From: Bacteroidia bacterium
GTDB taxonomy: Bacteria; Bacteroidota; Bacteroidia; Palsa-965
DNA length: 64,000 nucleotides
Direction: 5' to 3'
Assembly: GCA_025454955.1 (NCBI GenBank)
Contig: JALONL010000019.1
Location: 46,570 to 110,569 of the forward strand
Part shown: piece by piece, positions 8,873 through 18,710 of the stretch
Layout of the letters: each line of letters opens with the position of its first letter
Numbering within the stretch: the first letter of the stretch is position 1
Position numbers and translations under genes: made by a program
Notes under the pieces: model-generated
What the model was told of the DNA's origin: nothing
Database searches by the model: none
Seen by the model: only the letters and a program-made list of their open reading frames with translations

Positions 8873-11800
8873 TTAAAACGCCCGGCTCACACCCACCACC
8901 CAGCGCAGTTGCACATAATCGGGCGAAATAAAAGGTGTGCGGTTGATGAAGAGCGGAAAGTCGATGCGCAGCGTTAACGGCTTCACTATTTGCAGCGGCG
9001 GGAAACGCTTTACGGTGAGTGCAAAGCCCACACCGGCATCGGCGCGGAAGTCTGACATGGCCAGCGGTTCGTCGCCATTGTTAAAGTTAATGGCGCCCAC
9101 ATCGCCGAAGAGATAGCTTTGCATGCCCACCACACTGCGCACACGCGGCATGGCACGGCCTATAAAGCCAAAGAGTTCGTGAAACTCAAGTTCCATGTTA
9201 AACGCCGCGCCCGTAGTGCCTCTATACACCCTGCGCAAATCGCCGTACCAGTCGAACTGCGGCACCACATAGCCCGCATAGCCCCTCAGGCCAAGTCCGC
9301 CGCCTGCATGGAAATGATTAATGTCGTCGCCAAACTCGGCCCAGGTTACCGGGAAAAAGCCCATCGAGCGGGTGTATTTGTTTTCCATCAACTGCTCCGG
9401 ATTGGCTCCGGCCAGATACAGCATCGATTCTTTGGCCCAGTTTAGGCCTGTTCCCGCCTGTGCAAACAAACGTGTGTTGATGTTGATCTTACCCAGATCG
9501 TTTTTATTCACCACATTCAGTTGCGCGTACTGATAATCGTAATCGCTGCCGAGCGCAGTGGAACGGAGATTGAACTGAATAAGCCCCGTACCGCGTTTGT
9601 AATTGTACGGATGCTCGTAGCCGAGGTTGATGGAATTATTGAAACGGTCGGGCGTCCACTCGTTGCGATACACAAGATAGTTGAGGTCCGACGAATCGGC
9701 CCGGTGCATCATTTTAAACGATACCGTGAGTTTGTGTTTCAGGTTGCGGCTCTGAAATTCAAGTCCGGTGTTTACCAGATTCAACCCGTCGAGGTGGCGG
9801 CCGGTGAAGAAGAACGACGCATTCTTCACCATTTTCGGCAACGGTGTGCGGTAATTCAATTGCACCGAAAACTGATCGTAGAGATTAAACTCGGCTCCTT
9901 CGGGCAACTGGCTCTGGCCAATGCCGGTGTTGTAATGAAACAGGAGATCGAAAATGTGTTTGGTATTCAGGTAATCGCCGCCGAGGTAGAAACCGGCTTT
10001 CACACCGTCGTAACCATTGTACCACACATCGGGCCGCGCACGCAGTGCGTAATTGAGACGCGAAGGCTGGTTGTATATTTTCGAGTCGAAACGAAAATCA
10101 ACCGGCAGCTTCGAACTGTTGTTGAGCATGTTTACATCGGCCATACGGTGCGTGGTGTCGATAAACACTTCGGCTATGCCCGAGGGAATTACCACTTCCG
10201 CATCGTAGGTTTTCTGAATATTGTCCCAGCCAATCCAGCGCGGAAGCACGGTGGCGGTGGTTTGCTTTACAAACCAGGTGTTGGGAATGTGGTAATTGTA
10301 TTCTTTGCCTTCGTTCGAGCGCACGGTAAAGTCGAGCGGCATTTGCATACCGTGGCGTCTGAAGGTGATAATGTAAGTGCTGGCCGAGTCGCCGCGTTTT
10401 ATTTTGTCCACACCATAATCAATGGTTTTCGACGTGTTCAGCCACTGGTCGAAAAACCAGTTCAGGTCAACGTGGGTGTATTGAATAACCGAGTTGCGGA
10501 AATCTTCCACGTAAGGATGCGCAAACTTCCACTGATTGAAGTAATGCTGCATGGCTTTGAGAAAAAGTTCATCGCCCAGCACATACTGCAGGTTGTAGAG
10601 CATGGTGGCCGTTTTCATATACACCTGCCGGTAGCCGCCGCCGTGGCGCAACGCGCCGCCGAAATGATCGGAGTGGGTTTCGAGCACGGCTTCTTCGCCA
10701 CGCACGGCATCAATGGTGTAGGGCAGCATACACTCGCTTTCCATCACCATGTCGGGCTCGCGGAAACGTTCGGCGTATTTCGAGCGGTAGGGATATTGCA
10801 GGCGCACATCGCCTTTTATTTTGCGGTACGACCAGGCCGTGAGAAACTGCGTAAAGCCTTCGTCGAGCATGGCGCGGTACGTTTCGTTGCTGCCCACCAT
10901 ACCGAAAAACCAGTTGTGGCCTATTTCGTGCGCAATAAGGTCGTAGTAATCGGGAGCGCGGCCGCCGTCGAGTGTAAGCATGGGGTATTCCATGCCGTCG
11001 CGCGCATCGGCCACAATCATTTTCGGGTAGGCATACATGCCAAAATCGGTCGAATACACTTCAATTACTTTGGCCGTAAACGCCGCCGCATCCTGCCAGC
11101 CCGAGCAATGCTGTTCCTGCGCCAGTGCAATGCAGCGTATGCCGTTCCATTTCACTTCGCCAATGCGGTAGGAGGGATCGGCAGTCCAGGCAAAGTCGTG
11201 TACATTTTCGGCATGAAACTTCCATGTTTTGCTGCTGCCGTCGCTGGCAATTACGGTGCTGGGCTGCGTGCCCCAGGGCTTTTTGGCGAAGTTGGAAATG
11301 TCTAATTTCTGGCGAAGCTCGGCCGGAAGCACTTCGGCTTCGTTCACCAATTCGCCGGTGGCATCCATTACATAATGGTTGGGAAAAGTAAGTTCCACAT
11401 CATACACCCCGAAATCGCCGTAAAATTCGCGGGTAAGATGCTGGTCGGTATCCCAGCCTGCCTTACGGTCATATACCGAAATGCGCGGATACCAGTGTAC
11501 ACCGTCGTAATGCTTGTAGCCAAACTCCTGATACATTTTCATACGCCGGCGAATGGTGCCGCCATTGTCGAAATAGGTTTTGAAATCCAGGGTAAAGCGC
11601 ACCGCAAAACCCGGACGCAGCGGCTTGGGCAGCCACACCTTCATAATGGTATTGTCGAGTTCCACCCGCACATCCTGCCCGTCCACCTTTATATTGCTTA
11701 CAGTAGTACCAAGCCCCTGTTTTTCGTATTTGCCATAACGCACATTGAAATCGTTGTTGCGGTGCAAATCGTCGGTGTACGAGCCCGGCTGAAACGCATT

Positions 11801-12067
11801 CTGGTACAGATGGAAATACACAAACCCCAGCGTATCGGGCGAATTGTTCCAGTAGGTAAGTTCCTGCGAGGCATTGATAATATCGGTGGCTTCGTCCACC
11901 AACGCTTTTATACGGTAATGCACATCCTGCTGCCAGTAGCCGGGATAGGGAGCCCGGTTTTTCCAGTAATTGGGATTTGAACGTGAACGGTAGGGAATAT
12001 CAGCATACTGAGCTGAGGCGGTGGTTGTGATGAGCAACAACAACGCGGCGAAAATTCGCTGAAGCAT
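8873..12067 (-). CDS. M1-family zinc metallopeptidase fused to a C-terminal Omp85/BamA-type outer-membrane beta-barrel
   Basis: Signal peptide MLQRIFAALLLLITTTASAQ; I set the start at this internal ATG. M1 motifs are GMEY (a GAMEN-like exopeptidase motif), HEIGHNWFFGMVGSNE (HExxH) and a downstream DEGFTQF. The C-terminal ~400 aa has alternating amphipathic beta-strand character. It contains a GGGLGLRGY motif, which matches the conserved (V/I)RG(F/Y) loop-6 motif of Omp85 barrels. The protein ends in ...VVGVSRAF, with a terminal Phe. Confidence 0.75.
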   Translation of the reverse strand: MLQRIFAALLLLITTTASAQYADIPYRSRSNPNYWKNRAPYPGYWQQDVHYRIKALVDEATDIINASQELTYWNNSPDTLGFVYFHLYQNAFQPGSYTDDLHRNNDFNVRYGKYEKQGLGTTVSNIKVDGQDVRVELDNTIMKVWLPKPLRPGFAVRFTLDFKTYFDNGGTIRRRMKMYQEFGYKHYDGVHWYPRISVYDRKAGWDTDQHLTREFYGDFGVYDVELTFPNHYVMDATGELVNEAEVLPAELRQKLDISNFAKKPWGTQPSTVIASDGSSKTWKFHAENVHDFAWTADPSYRIGEVKWNGIRCIALAQEQHCSGWQDAAAFTAKVIEVYSTDFGMYAYPKMIVADARDGMEYPMLTLDGGRAPDYYDLIAHEIGHNWFFGMVGSNETYRAMLDEGFTQFLTAWSYRKIKGDVRLQYPYRSKYAERFREPDMVMESECMLPYTIDAVRGEEAVLETHSDHFGGALRHGGGYRQVYMKTATMLYNLQYVLGDELFLKAMQHYFNQWKFAHPYVEDFRNSVIQYTHVDLNWFFDQWLNTSKTIDYGVDKIKRGDSASTYIITFRRHGMQMPLDFTVRSNEGKEYNYHIPNTWFVKQTTATVLPRWIGWDNIQKTYDAEVVIPSGIAEVFIDTTHRMADVNMLNNSSKLPVDFRFDSKIYNQPSRLNYALRARPDVWYNGYDGVKAGFYLGGDYLNTKHIFDLLFHYNTGIGQSQLPEGAEFNLYDQFSVQLNYRTPLPKMVKNASFFFTGRHLDGLNLVNTGLEFQSRNLKHKLTVSFKMMHRADSSDLNYLVYRNEWTPDRFNNSINLGYEHPYNYKRGTGLIQFNLRSTALGSDYDYQYAQLNVVNKNDLGKININTRLFAQAGTGLNWAKESMLYLAGANPEQLMENKYTRSMGFFPVTWAEFGDDINHFHAGGGLGLRGYAGYVVPQFDWYGDLRRVYRGTTGAAFNMELEFHELFGFIGRAMPRVRSVVGMQSYLFGDVGAINFNNGDEPLAMSDFRADAGVGFALTVKRFPPLQIVKPLTLRIDFPLFINRTPFISPDYVQLRWVVGVSRAF

Positions 12068-12305
12068 ACGCAGTTTCTTTTCGTGAAGTGGTATGCGGTA
12101 AAGATAAGGGATTTGGGGCACTGACAGATCAAAATGTGAGCAGTGGTATTTTGAAAAAATACTATTTCAAGTACAATTTCACAAAGAGATACTCAACTTC
12201 CCTGTATCATATTCTTAGAGGACAGATAATCGTTTTTTCTGCCGGATCAACGATCGAAATAAAAAGATGATCCAACATTTAGCAGTATGTTTTACCCGCA
12301 ACTCA

Positions 12306-14594
12306 TCACCTCACCACCGTCACCCTTCCCGTTCGTCTGCGCTCCGCCCCGTCGCACGCCGCCACATAATCAATCACATACACATACACATCTTCCTGCA
12401 CCAACGTATTTTTTATCCGGCCATCCCAGCCCGCAGCAAAATTATCGGTTTCAAAAATCATTTCGCCCCAGCGGTTGTAAATGCGCATATTCCACACTGT
12501 GATGCCGGTTCCTTCGGCTCGGAAAGTTTCGTTCAGCCCGTCGTTGTTGGGTGTAAACGAGTTGGGCAGATACACCGAGCCTTCGCCGGGCTGGCCCGAA
12601 ATGCTTATCGAATCGGTTGAAATGCAGGAGCCGGTGGTTACAGTAACCGCGTAAGTGCCGGGGGCAGTAATGGTAATTGTGGCGGTAGAATCGCCGGTGT
12701 TCCAGGCAAAATTGTTGCCTGCGCCGGCATTAAGCTGGAGGTTTATATTAGTGCAGAATGTGCCGCTGCTGCTGATGTTGGCCCGCGGGGCATCGGTAAT
12801 GCGTATGCTGTCGTTGCCGGAGCAGCCTGTCGAATCGGTTACTGTAACGCTGTATGTACCGGCATCGGTAACCGTTATCGACTGTGCTGCCGAGCCGTTC
12901 GACCACAGCACCTGATTCCACGGCCCGCCCGCGTTGAGTGTAAGTGCTGCGGGTGTGCAGCGTACCGTGTCGGCACCAAGATCGGGCACGGGCGAGGGGC
13001 TTACGGTAATTACCAGCGCCACCGTATCGCTTTGTGTGCCGCACGAAGTATCGGTGGCCACCAACTGTGCAATGTAGGTGCCCGCATTGGTGTATGTATG
13101 CGTGGGGGAGGCAATTACCGAAGTATTGCCATCGCCAAAATCCCACGCAAAAAAGCTGCCGCTGCCCGTGTTCTGGAAGTTTACCGTAAGCGGCGCACAG
13201 CCTGTAAGCGGCAATCCGCTGGCTGCGGCCAGTGGCTGGGGCGTAACGGGGCAGGCAGGATCAATTACATATTTCCACAAATCGTTGTAATTGGTAAACC
13301 CTTGCCCGTCTTTACCGCCAAAGAGCCAGAAATTTCCCGCAAGATCACGAAACGGCATCGACCCGAAACGACCGCCCGGATCGTTGGTGGCGGCTGGAAC
13401 ATTTTGTGTACCATGTACAGGAAGAATAATTGACTGCGCATTGTTTTGCCCGCGCACAATGGCCTGCTGCACCGGCACCGTGCTGATGTCGATCACCCAC
13501 ATATCGTTGCCCGGAATGCTGGGATTGGCCCCGCCGTAATACCAGAGCCGGTTGCAATCGTCGGTCCAGCACAGCGAGTTTTCGTTGCGTGCCGCGCCTG
13601 CATAACCGGTGGAAAACGTACACAGCGGCCCGGTATTCCCCGTACTGAAACTCACATTGCTGCCGCCCATCCATGTCCAGAGCAGTGTTACCGGATCAAA
13701 CATCCAAATGTCATTGGCATCGGCCACACCACCCAGCGAATATCCCCCGCTCATAATCCAGAACCGCCCGTTCTGATCTTTCCAATGCGCATACACCGTG
13801 CGGCCTCCCGGATTGTTGGAGGGAGCAGCCACGCCCAGCGTACCATAATTTACCGGAGGCGAAAATCCGCCCGTGCCGGCCATCCATGTCCAGGTGTTGG
13901 TGGCAATGTTGTAGCGCCACACATCGTCGAGGTTGTTCTGTATGTTGTTAAAACCGCCAAAAAGCCAGAGGTCGCCGTTGTTATCCACCCATCCCGCACG
14001 GCATTCATCGCGCGAGGGCGGTTCGTTAGAGGGCGAAGGCACACCAATTACGCCGAAGTTGCCTCCAAACGTGGTAATATTGGGTCCTTTCATCCAGGTC
14101 CAGGTATTGGTGGCAATATTATACCGCCACAAATCGGCGTTGCGGCCATCGGCAAAATTCACATCCAGTCCCGAACCGCCAAACATCCATAAATCGCCGC
14201 TGAGGTCAGTCCAGGCAATCATACCAAAACCACGTCCGGGCGGATGATTGGTGGGCGAAGGCACACCTTGTACCCCGTAACTCCCGTTGGCAGACAGCGC
14301 AGAAGTCATGCAGGTCCAGTTGCCTGTAGCCGGTTCGTACCGCCACATCGAAGCCGTGTACCCTCCGAAATTGTTGCACCCGCCGTACATCCAGAAATTC
14401 CCCTGCAAATCGGTCCAGGCTGCCGCTGCATACAAAGCCGGGGGGGCATTGGTGGGCGAGGGTACACCAAGGGTTCCAAAATTTCCCGAAGAGTTGGTTG
14501 TACTCTGTCCCTTAACCCACGTCCATATTCCGGGCTGTGCTTCTGCACGCACCAAAGCCAGTAACAGAAACACACACAAAAGTCTTACCTGCAT
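12306..14594 (-). CDS. Kelch-type beta-propeller repeat protein with a PKD domain and a T9SS type B C-terminal sorting domain
   Basis: Signal peptide is present. Six repeats of about 50 aa follow the pattern G.FG..GVPSPTN.PP.R....W.D..GN.W.FGG. Then a PKD-like segment (FAWDFGDGNTS...THTYTNAGTY). The C-terminus is LPNSFTPNNDGLNETF...IYNRWGEMIF...GWDGR...VYVYVIDY...VVR. Confidence 0.8.
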   Translation of the reverse strand: MQVRLLCVFLLLALVRAEAQPGIWTWVKGQSTTNSSGNFGTLGVPSPTNAPPALYAAAAWTDLQGNFWMYGGCNNFGGYTASMWRYEPATGNWTCMTSALSANGSYGVQGVPSPTNHPPGRGFGMIAWTDLSGDLWMFGGSGLDVNFADGRNADLWRYNIATNTWTWMKGPNITTFGGNFGVIGVPSPSNEPPSRDECRAGWVDNNGDLWLFGGFNNIQNNLDDVWRYNIATNTWTWMAGTGGFSPPVNYGTLGVAAPSNNPGGRTVYAHWKDQNGRFWIMSGGYSLGGVADANDIWMFDPVTLLWTWMGGSNVSFSTGNTGPLCTFSTGYAGAARNENSLCWTDDCNRLWYYGGANPSIPGNDMWVIDISTVPVQQAIVRGQNNAQSIILPVHGTQNVPAATNDPGGRFGSMPFRDLAGNFWLFGGKDGQGFTNYNDLWKYVIDPACPVTPQPLAAASGLPLTGCAPLTVNFQNTGSGSFFAWDFGDGNTSVIASPTHTYTNAGTYIAQLVATDTSCGTQSDTVALVITVSPSPVPDLGADTVRCTPAALTLNAGGPWNQVLWSNGSAAQSITVTDAGTYSVTVTDSTGCSGNDSIRITDAPRANISSSGTFCTNINLQLNAGAGNNFAWNTGDSTATITITAPGTYAVTVTTGSCISTDSISISGQPGEGSVYLPNSFTPNNDGLNETFRAEGTGITVWNMRIYNRWGEMIFETDNFAAGWDGRIKNTLVQEDVYVYVIDYVAACDGAERRRTGRVTVVR

Positions 14595-14805
14595 ACAGGT
14601 TCATTAACAAACAAAAAAGTATTTGGTTGTCCCTCTGGCGTTCATTGCCAATAGCAGAGATAATTTTAATGTTCAGGTAAAAAGTTGCCTCAGCCAGACT
14701 AAACATCAATGCAGTACAAGAAATTGCCCACATCGGCCACAAAAAAGCATGATTGAAAATCAGGCCGGTGAATAGCCTGCCTTAGATGTGTTACAGAAAC
14801 GGCGG

Positions 14806-15468
14806 TTAAAAAAATCCCTGCAAACTCTGATCCAGTTCCTCTTCCGAAATCATCTTGTATTCGGCAGGCACTGTAAACACGGTAGAGTCAATTTGTGCGC
14901 GGGCTACGCTTTGGGCCGTAAAATGAAGTTCCAGACCAAATTTGCGCAGGCTGTAGTCCATCAGTACACCATCAATTTTGTAAAATGCGTTGCTCCAGTT
15001 GGGCGAGCTTACCTGAAGGTCGTGTGTGTACCACACTTCCATGTCGGGACTTTTGTCGGCAAATTTCAGGATGGCTTTTTGACAGTTGTAACCGGCAATT
15101 TTTTTGGTTTCCTTAGTTTCGGTTACCGTGTAATCGGGAAGATAATAATTGCGAAGCCTGATGGCTGACGAATCCAGCACGGCTGCTTTTTTATCTAAAA
15201 AGCTTACCATGTTGGTAAACGTTTTTTTATTCGGATCCGATAAAAACGCAATGTGCATGGCACCCACACCGGCATCAAGTTCGGCAAGCGTATAGTTCTT
15301 GCGGAATTTCACCGTCATTTTATCAGGAAACATCATAGACATGGACGATTTCGGATTAACCGGAGTAGCCTTGTATTCAATTACTCCTTCCGAAATTTTT
15401 TCCGTGGTAGCCTTTTCACCACAAGCCGACAATACAAACACAATAACCAGTGCAGAAATGCGAATCAT
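14806..15468 (-). CDS. Hypothetical lipoprotein
   Basis: I moved the start to the internal ATG giving MIRISALVIVFVLSACGEK, which is a lipobox-type signal peptide. No recognisable catalytic motifs. Confidence 0.5.
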   Translation of the reverse strand: MIRISALVIVFVLSACGEKATTEKISEGVIEYKATPVNPKSSMSMMFPDKMTVKFRKNYTLAELDAGVGAMHIAFLSDPNKKTFTNMVSFLDKKAAVLDSSAIRLRNYYLPDYTVTETKETKKIAGYNCQKAILKFADKSPDMEVWYTHDLQVSSPNWSNAFYKIDGVLMDYSLRKFGLELHFTAQSVARAQIDSTVFTVPAEYKMISEEELDQSLQGFF

Positions 15469-15625
15469 ATTACTTGATAAGCGGGCGTACATTCGTAAGG
15501 GTCGGTCAGGGTGTTTAGTTGCAGCAAGGTAACCATAAATTTTTATATTGCAAGAAACGCCCATTAATATCCTGATTAGCTCCCCGATAAAAAGTAATTG
15601 TCGCCACACAGAAAAAAATATCGCC

Positions 15626-16177
15626 ATGCCCGGTAATCAGCTTGTGTATAATCTCTCCACCCGCATATTCGGCCGGGCAGCCTTTGTTACCGGTGTAATT
15701 TCGGTATTGAGCGGAGCGGCAGCGGTAATTACACCACAGGCTTCTCTTTTTTATATAATTGTTCCGGTGGTATTTTCAGTCATTTTCCTTTTCAGCATTT
15801 ACATGCTTTTAAGGAAAAAACCAATACTGGTTCTTACCGAATCGGGCATTACCTCTTCAACTGCCTCTAAATCTGAAATCCCGTGGGAGAACATCCGCGC
15901 AATTCAGGTTGTGGAAATCCGCAAACAGCAGTTGCTTTGCATTACAGTGGACAGCGCAGTAATAAACCGCCTCTCACTTACACCTTTTCTGGAAAAAAGG
16001 AGGCAGTGGATTATTTCCACACTCGGACTTACATTGCACCAAAACTCTGATTATGTGTTTGCCGCCATCAGCAATTTATCCGCGTCACCCGAACAAATAA
16101 CCGCCACAATAAAAAATCTTGCGCAGTTGAGCAGAGACGAACGTGTGCGCAACCTGAAAGCACTCGGCGTAAAATAA
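15626..16177 (+). CDS. Hypothetical membrane protein (two TM helices plus a C-terminal soluble domain)
   Basis: Two hydrophobic segments, VTGVISVLSGAAAVI and IIVPVVFSVIFLFSIYMLL. No recognised motifs. The start (MPGNQ...) was chosen at an internal ATG. Weak call. Confidence 0.4.
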   Translation: MPGNQLVYNLSTRIFGRAAFVTGVISVLSGAAAVITPQASLFYIIVPVVFSVIFLFSIYMLLRKKPILVLTESGITSSTASKSEIPWENIRAIQVVEIRKQQLLCITVDSAVINRLSLTPFLEKRRQWIISTLGLTLHQNSDYVFAAISNLSASPEQITATIKNLAQLSRDERVRNLKALGVK

Positions 16178-16211
16178 CACACCCGCCTGTTGCGGAGGCG
16201 GGTGTGAGAAA

Positions 16212-17609
16212 TTAATAACCAAGTGTTTTAAGCATCGACTTGTAACTCTGTTCCTTGGCAAACAGGCGGGTCACAATTTCGCCGTCTTCGTCGCGGTCTA
16301 TGAGTACGTGCTTGGGTGCGGGAATAAGGCAATGCTGTATGCCCCCATATCCGCCCAGCGATTCCTGATAGGCACCCGTGTGGAAGAAACCAATGTACTG
16401 CGTACCTTTTTCTTTGGGATCCACCTTGGGCAAAAACACGTTGTTGGCGTGCGCCTCGGTATTGTAATAGTCCATACTGTCGCAGGTAATGCCGCCTAAG
16501 TTTACAGGCTGATATTCGCGCTCCCAGTTGTTTATGGCCAGCAGGATGAAACGCTGGTTAATGCCCCAGGTATCGGGCAGAGTGGTAATAAACGAACTGT
16601 CTATCATGTACCAGAGTTCGCGGTCGTTTTGCAGCTTCTGGTCAATGATGGAGTAAAGCGCTGCACCGCTCTCGCTCACTGTAAACGAACCGAATTCGGT
16701 GAAAATATTGGGCTCGGCAATCTCGTTGTTTTCGCAGTAGTTTTTTATCTGACTGATGATTTCTTCAATCATATACTCATAGTCGTACTCAAAACTCAGC
16801 GAGTTTTTGATAGGCATACCTCCGCCAATGTTCAGCGAATCAAGCGTGGGGCAGATGCGTTTCAGATCGAGATAAACCTTGAGGCATTTGGCCAGTTCAG
16901 TCCAGTAATAGATGGTATCTTTTATTCCGGTGTTGATGAAGAAGTGAAGCATCTTCAGTTCAAACTTCGGATTGGTGGCAATTTTTTCCTTGTAGAAATC
17001 CACAATATCCACATGGCGAATGCCCAGACGCGAAGTATAGAACTGGAAATTGGGTTCTTCTTCGGAGGCAATGCGAATGCCAACCTTTTGTTTGGGAGCC
17101 TTCACATGTTTGGCGTAGTAATCAATCTCCGATTTATGGTCGAGAATGGGAATGGTATTGTAACCTTCGTTGGAAAGGTCGGTAATCAAACGCAGGTACT
17201 CATCGCGCTTGTAGCCGTTGCTTACAATGTATTTATTCTTATCAATTTTACCTTCTCTTATTAACTGCCGGATAATATGGATGTCATACGTTGACGAAGT
17301 TTCGATATGTACATCGTTTTTCAGCACTTCGTCGAGCACAAACGAAAAATGTGAGCTTTTGGTGCAGTAACAGTAGGTATAGTTACCTTTGTAATCTACC
17401 TTCGCCATAGCTACATTGAAGAGGCGTTTGGCCTTTTGAATCTGTTGCCCTATCTTGGGAAGGTAGGTAATCTTTAACGGTGTTCCGTATTTCTTGATGA
17501 TGTCCATCAATGGAATATCGTTGAAATACAGTTCGTTGTCTGTTACATGAAACCCTTCCTGCGGAAAGTTGAACGTTTGTGCGATCAGGTTTTGATAGGT
17601 GTTTTCCAT
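16212..17609 (-). CDS. speA: Arginine decarboxylase (fold-III PLP decarboxylase, SpeA-like short form)
   Basis: The N-terminal region YGTPLKITYLPKIGQQIQKAKRLFN...YKGNYTYCYCTKSSHFSFVLDEVL aligns with the SpeA pattern YG.PLLI.FP.I...YxGxYxxVYPIK.N. The 465 aa length is typical of Bacteroidota SpeA. Confidence 0.75.
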   Translation of the reverse strand: MENTYQNLIAQTFNFPQEGFHVTDNELYFNDIPLMDIIKKYGTPLKITYLPKIGQQIQKAKRLFNVAMAKVDYKGNYTYCYCTKSSHFSFVLDEVLKNDVHIETSSTYDIHIIRQLIREGKIDKNKYIVSNGYKRDEYLRLITDLSNEGYNTIPILDHKSEIDYYAKHVKAPKQKVGIRIASEEEPNFQFYTSRLGIRHVDIVDFYKEKIATNPKFELKMLHFFINTGIKDTIYYWTELAKCLKVYLDLKRICPTLDSLNIGGGMPIKNSLSFEYDYEYMIEEIISQIKNYCENNEIAEPNIFTEFGSFTVSESGAALYSIIDQKLQNDRELWYMIDSSFITTLPDTWGINQRFILLAINNWEREYQPVNLGGITCDSMDYYNTEAHANNVFLPKVDPKEKGTQYIGFFHTGAYQESLGGYGGIQHCLIPAPKHVLIDRDEDGEIVTRLFAKEQSYKSMLKTLGY

Positions 17610-17711
17610 TTGTTACAGGTAAACAGAATGTAAAGTAAGTGAGTTGGATTACTCTTTCGGGTGTAAATGTAAGTAACCCGGATGAGTCAGTATCAAATAA
17701 ATTGCCAAAAT

Positions 17712-18668
17712 ATGAGATCTGTCAAAAAAGTTAAGTTTATCGAGATTAAATCCGAAATCGGAGCCGGAACCCGCGGGGCGAGCCTTGGGCCTGATGCCAT
17801 TAAAATTGCTGCGCTGGATATGGTGAGCAATATTTTCAATGAGCACGAATCAGTAGAGGTGAAAAACGAAAACCAAATGCTGTTCGGCCCTCCGGGAAGC
17901 ATTTTTGCCCGTCGTATTAAAGGTCTTATTGCTATCTACGAACGGCTTTCGGGCGAAGTGGCCAAAGCCATAAAAGGCAATTTCTTTCCCATTGTGCTTG
18001 CCGGCGATCACAGCACCGCCGCCGGAACCATTGCCGGTGTGCGCCTCGGCCTGCCACCCAAAAATACCCGCATCGGCGTAATCTGGATTGATGCCCACGC
18101 CGATCTTCATTCGCCCTACACCACCCCTTCGGGCAATATGCACGGTATGCCGCTTGCCGTGGCTTTGGGCGAAGACAACAAGAGCAACCAGATAAATAAG
18201 GTGGACAAAGAAACCATCGACCTCTGGAACAAACTCAAAAGCATTGGAGGCAACGGGGCCAATGTGCGCTACGAAGACCTCGTGTACATAGCAGTGCGCG
18301 ATGTGGAACCGGAAGAAACGGCTCTCATCCGTAGCAAGAAAATCAAGCTCTTCAGTACCGATGAAATCCGCCTGAACGGTGTGGAACGCATTGCCCGCGA
18401 TACACTGGCTTACCTCAAAGCCTGTTCACATATTTATATATCATTCGATGTGGACAGTATGGACTCCAACATTTCACGCGGAACAGGTACACCTGTACCG
18501 CACGGCATAACTGAGAAAGAAGCCGGATCGCTGCTGGTTCGCCTGGTGCAGAACGAGAAAGTAGTATGCCTGGAGGTAACCGAAGTAAATCCGACCCTTG
18601 ATAAGGAGAACCTTATGGCGGAGAATACCTTTGAAATACTTCAGAAGGTAATTGGTCAGTTTACCTGA
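17712..18668 (+). CDS. Arginase/agmatinase/formiminoglutamase family ureohydrolase (probably agmatinase, from context)
   Basis: The binuclear-Mn motifs are present: GDHS, DAHADL and SFDVDSMD. The gene is divergent from speA and shares its 5' intergenic region. Confidence 0.75.
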   Translation: MRSVKKVKFIEIKSEIGAGTRGASLGPDAIKIAALDMVSNIFNEHESVEVKNENQMLFGPPGSIFARRIKGLIAIYERLSGEVAKAIKGNFFPIVLAGDHSTAAGTIAGVRLGLPPKNTRIGVIWIDAHADLHSPYTTPSGNMHGMPLAVALGEDNKSNQINKVDKETIDLWNKLKSIGGNGANVRYEDLVYIAVRDVEPEETALIRSKKIKLFSTDEIRLNGVERIARDTLAYLKACSHIYISFDVDSMDSNISRGTGTPVPHGITEKEAGSLLVRLVQNEKVVCLEVTEVNPTLDKENLMAENTFEILQKVIGQFT

Positions 18669-18710
18669 TTACATTTGCATCCGCATTTATCCAATTACGT
18701 TCAAACCAGT

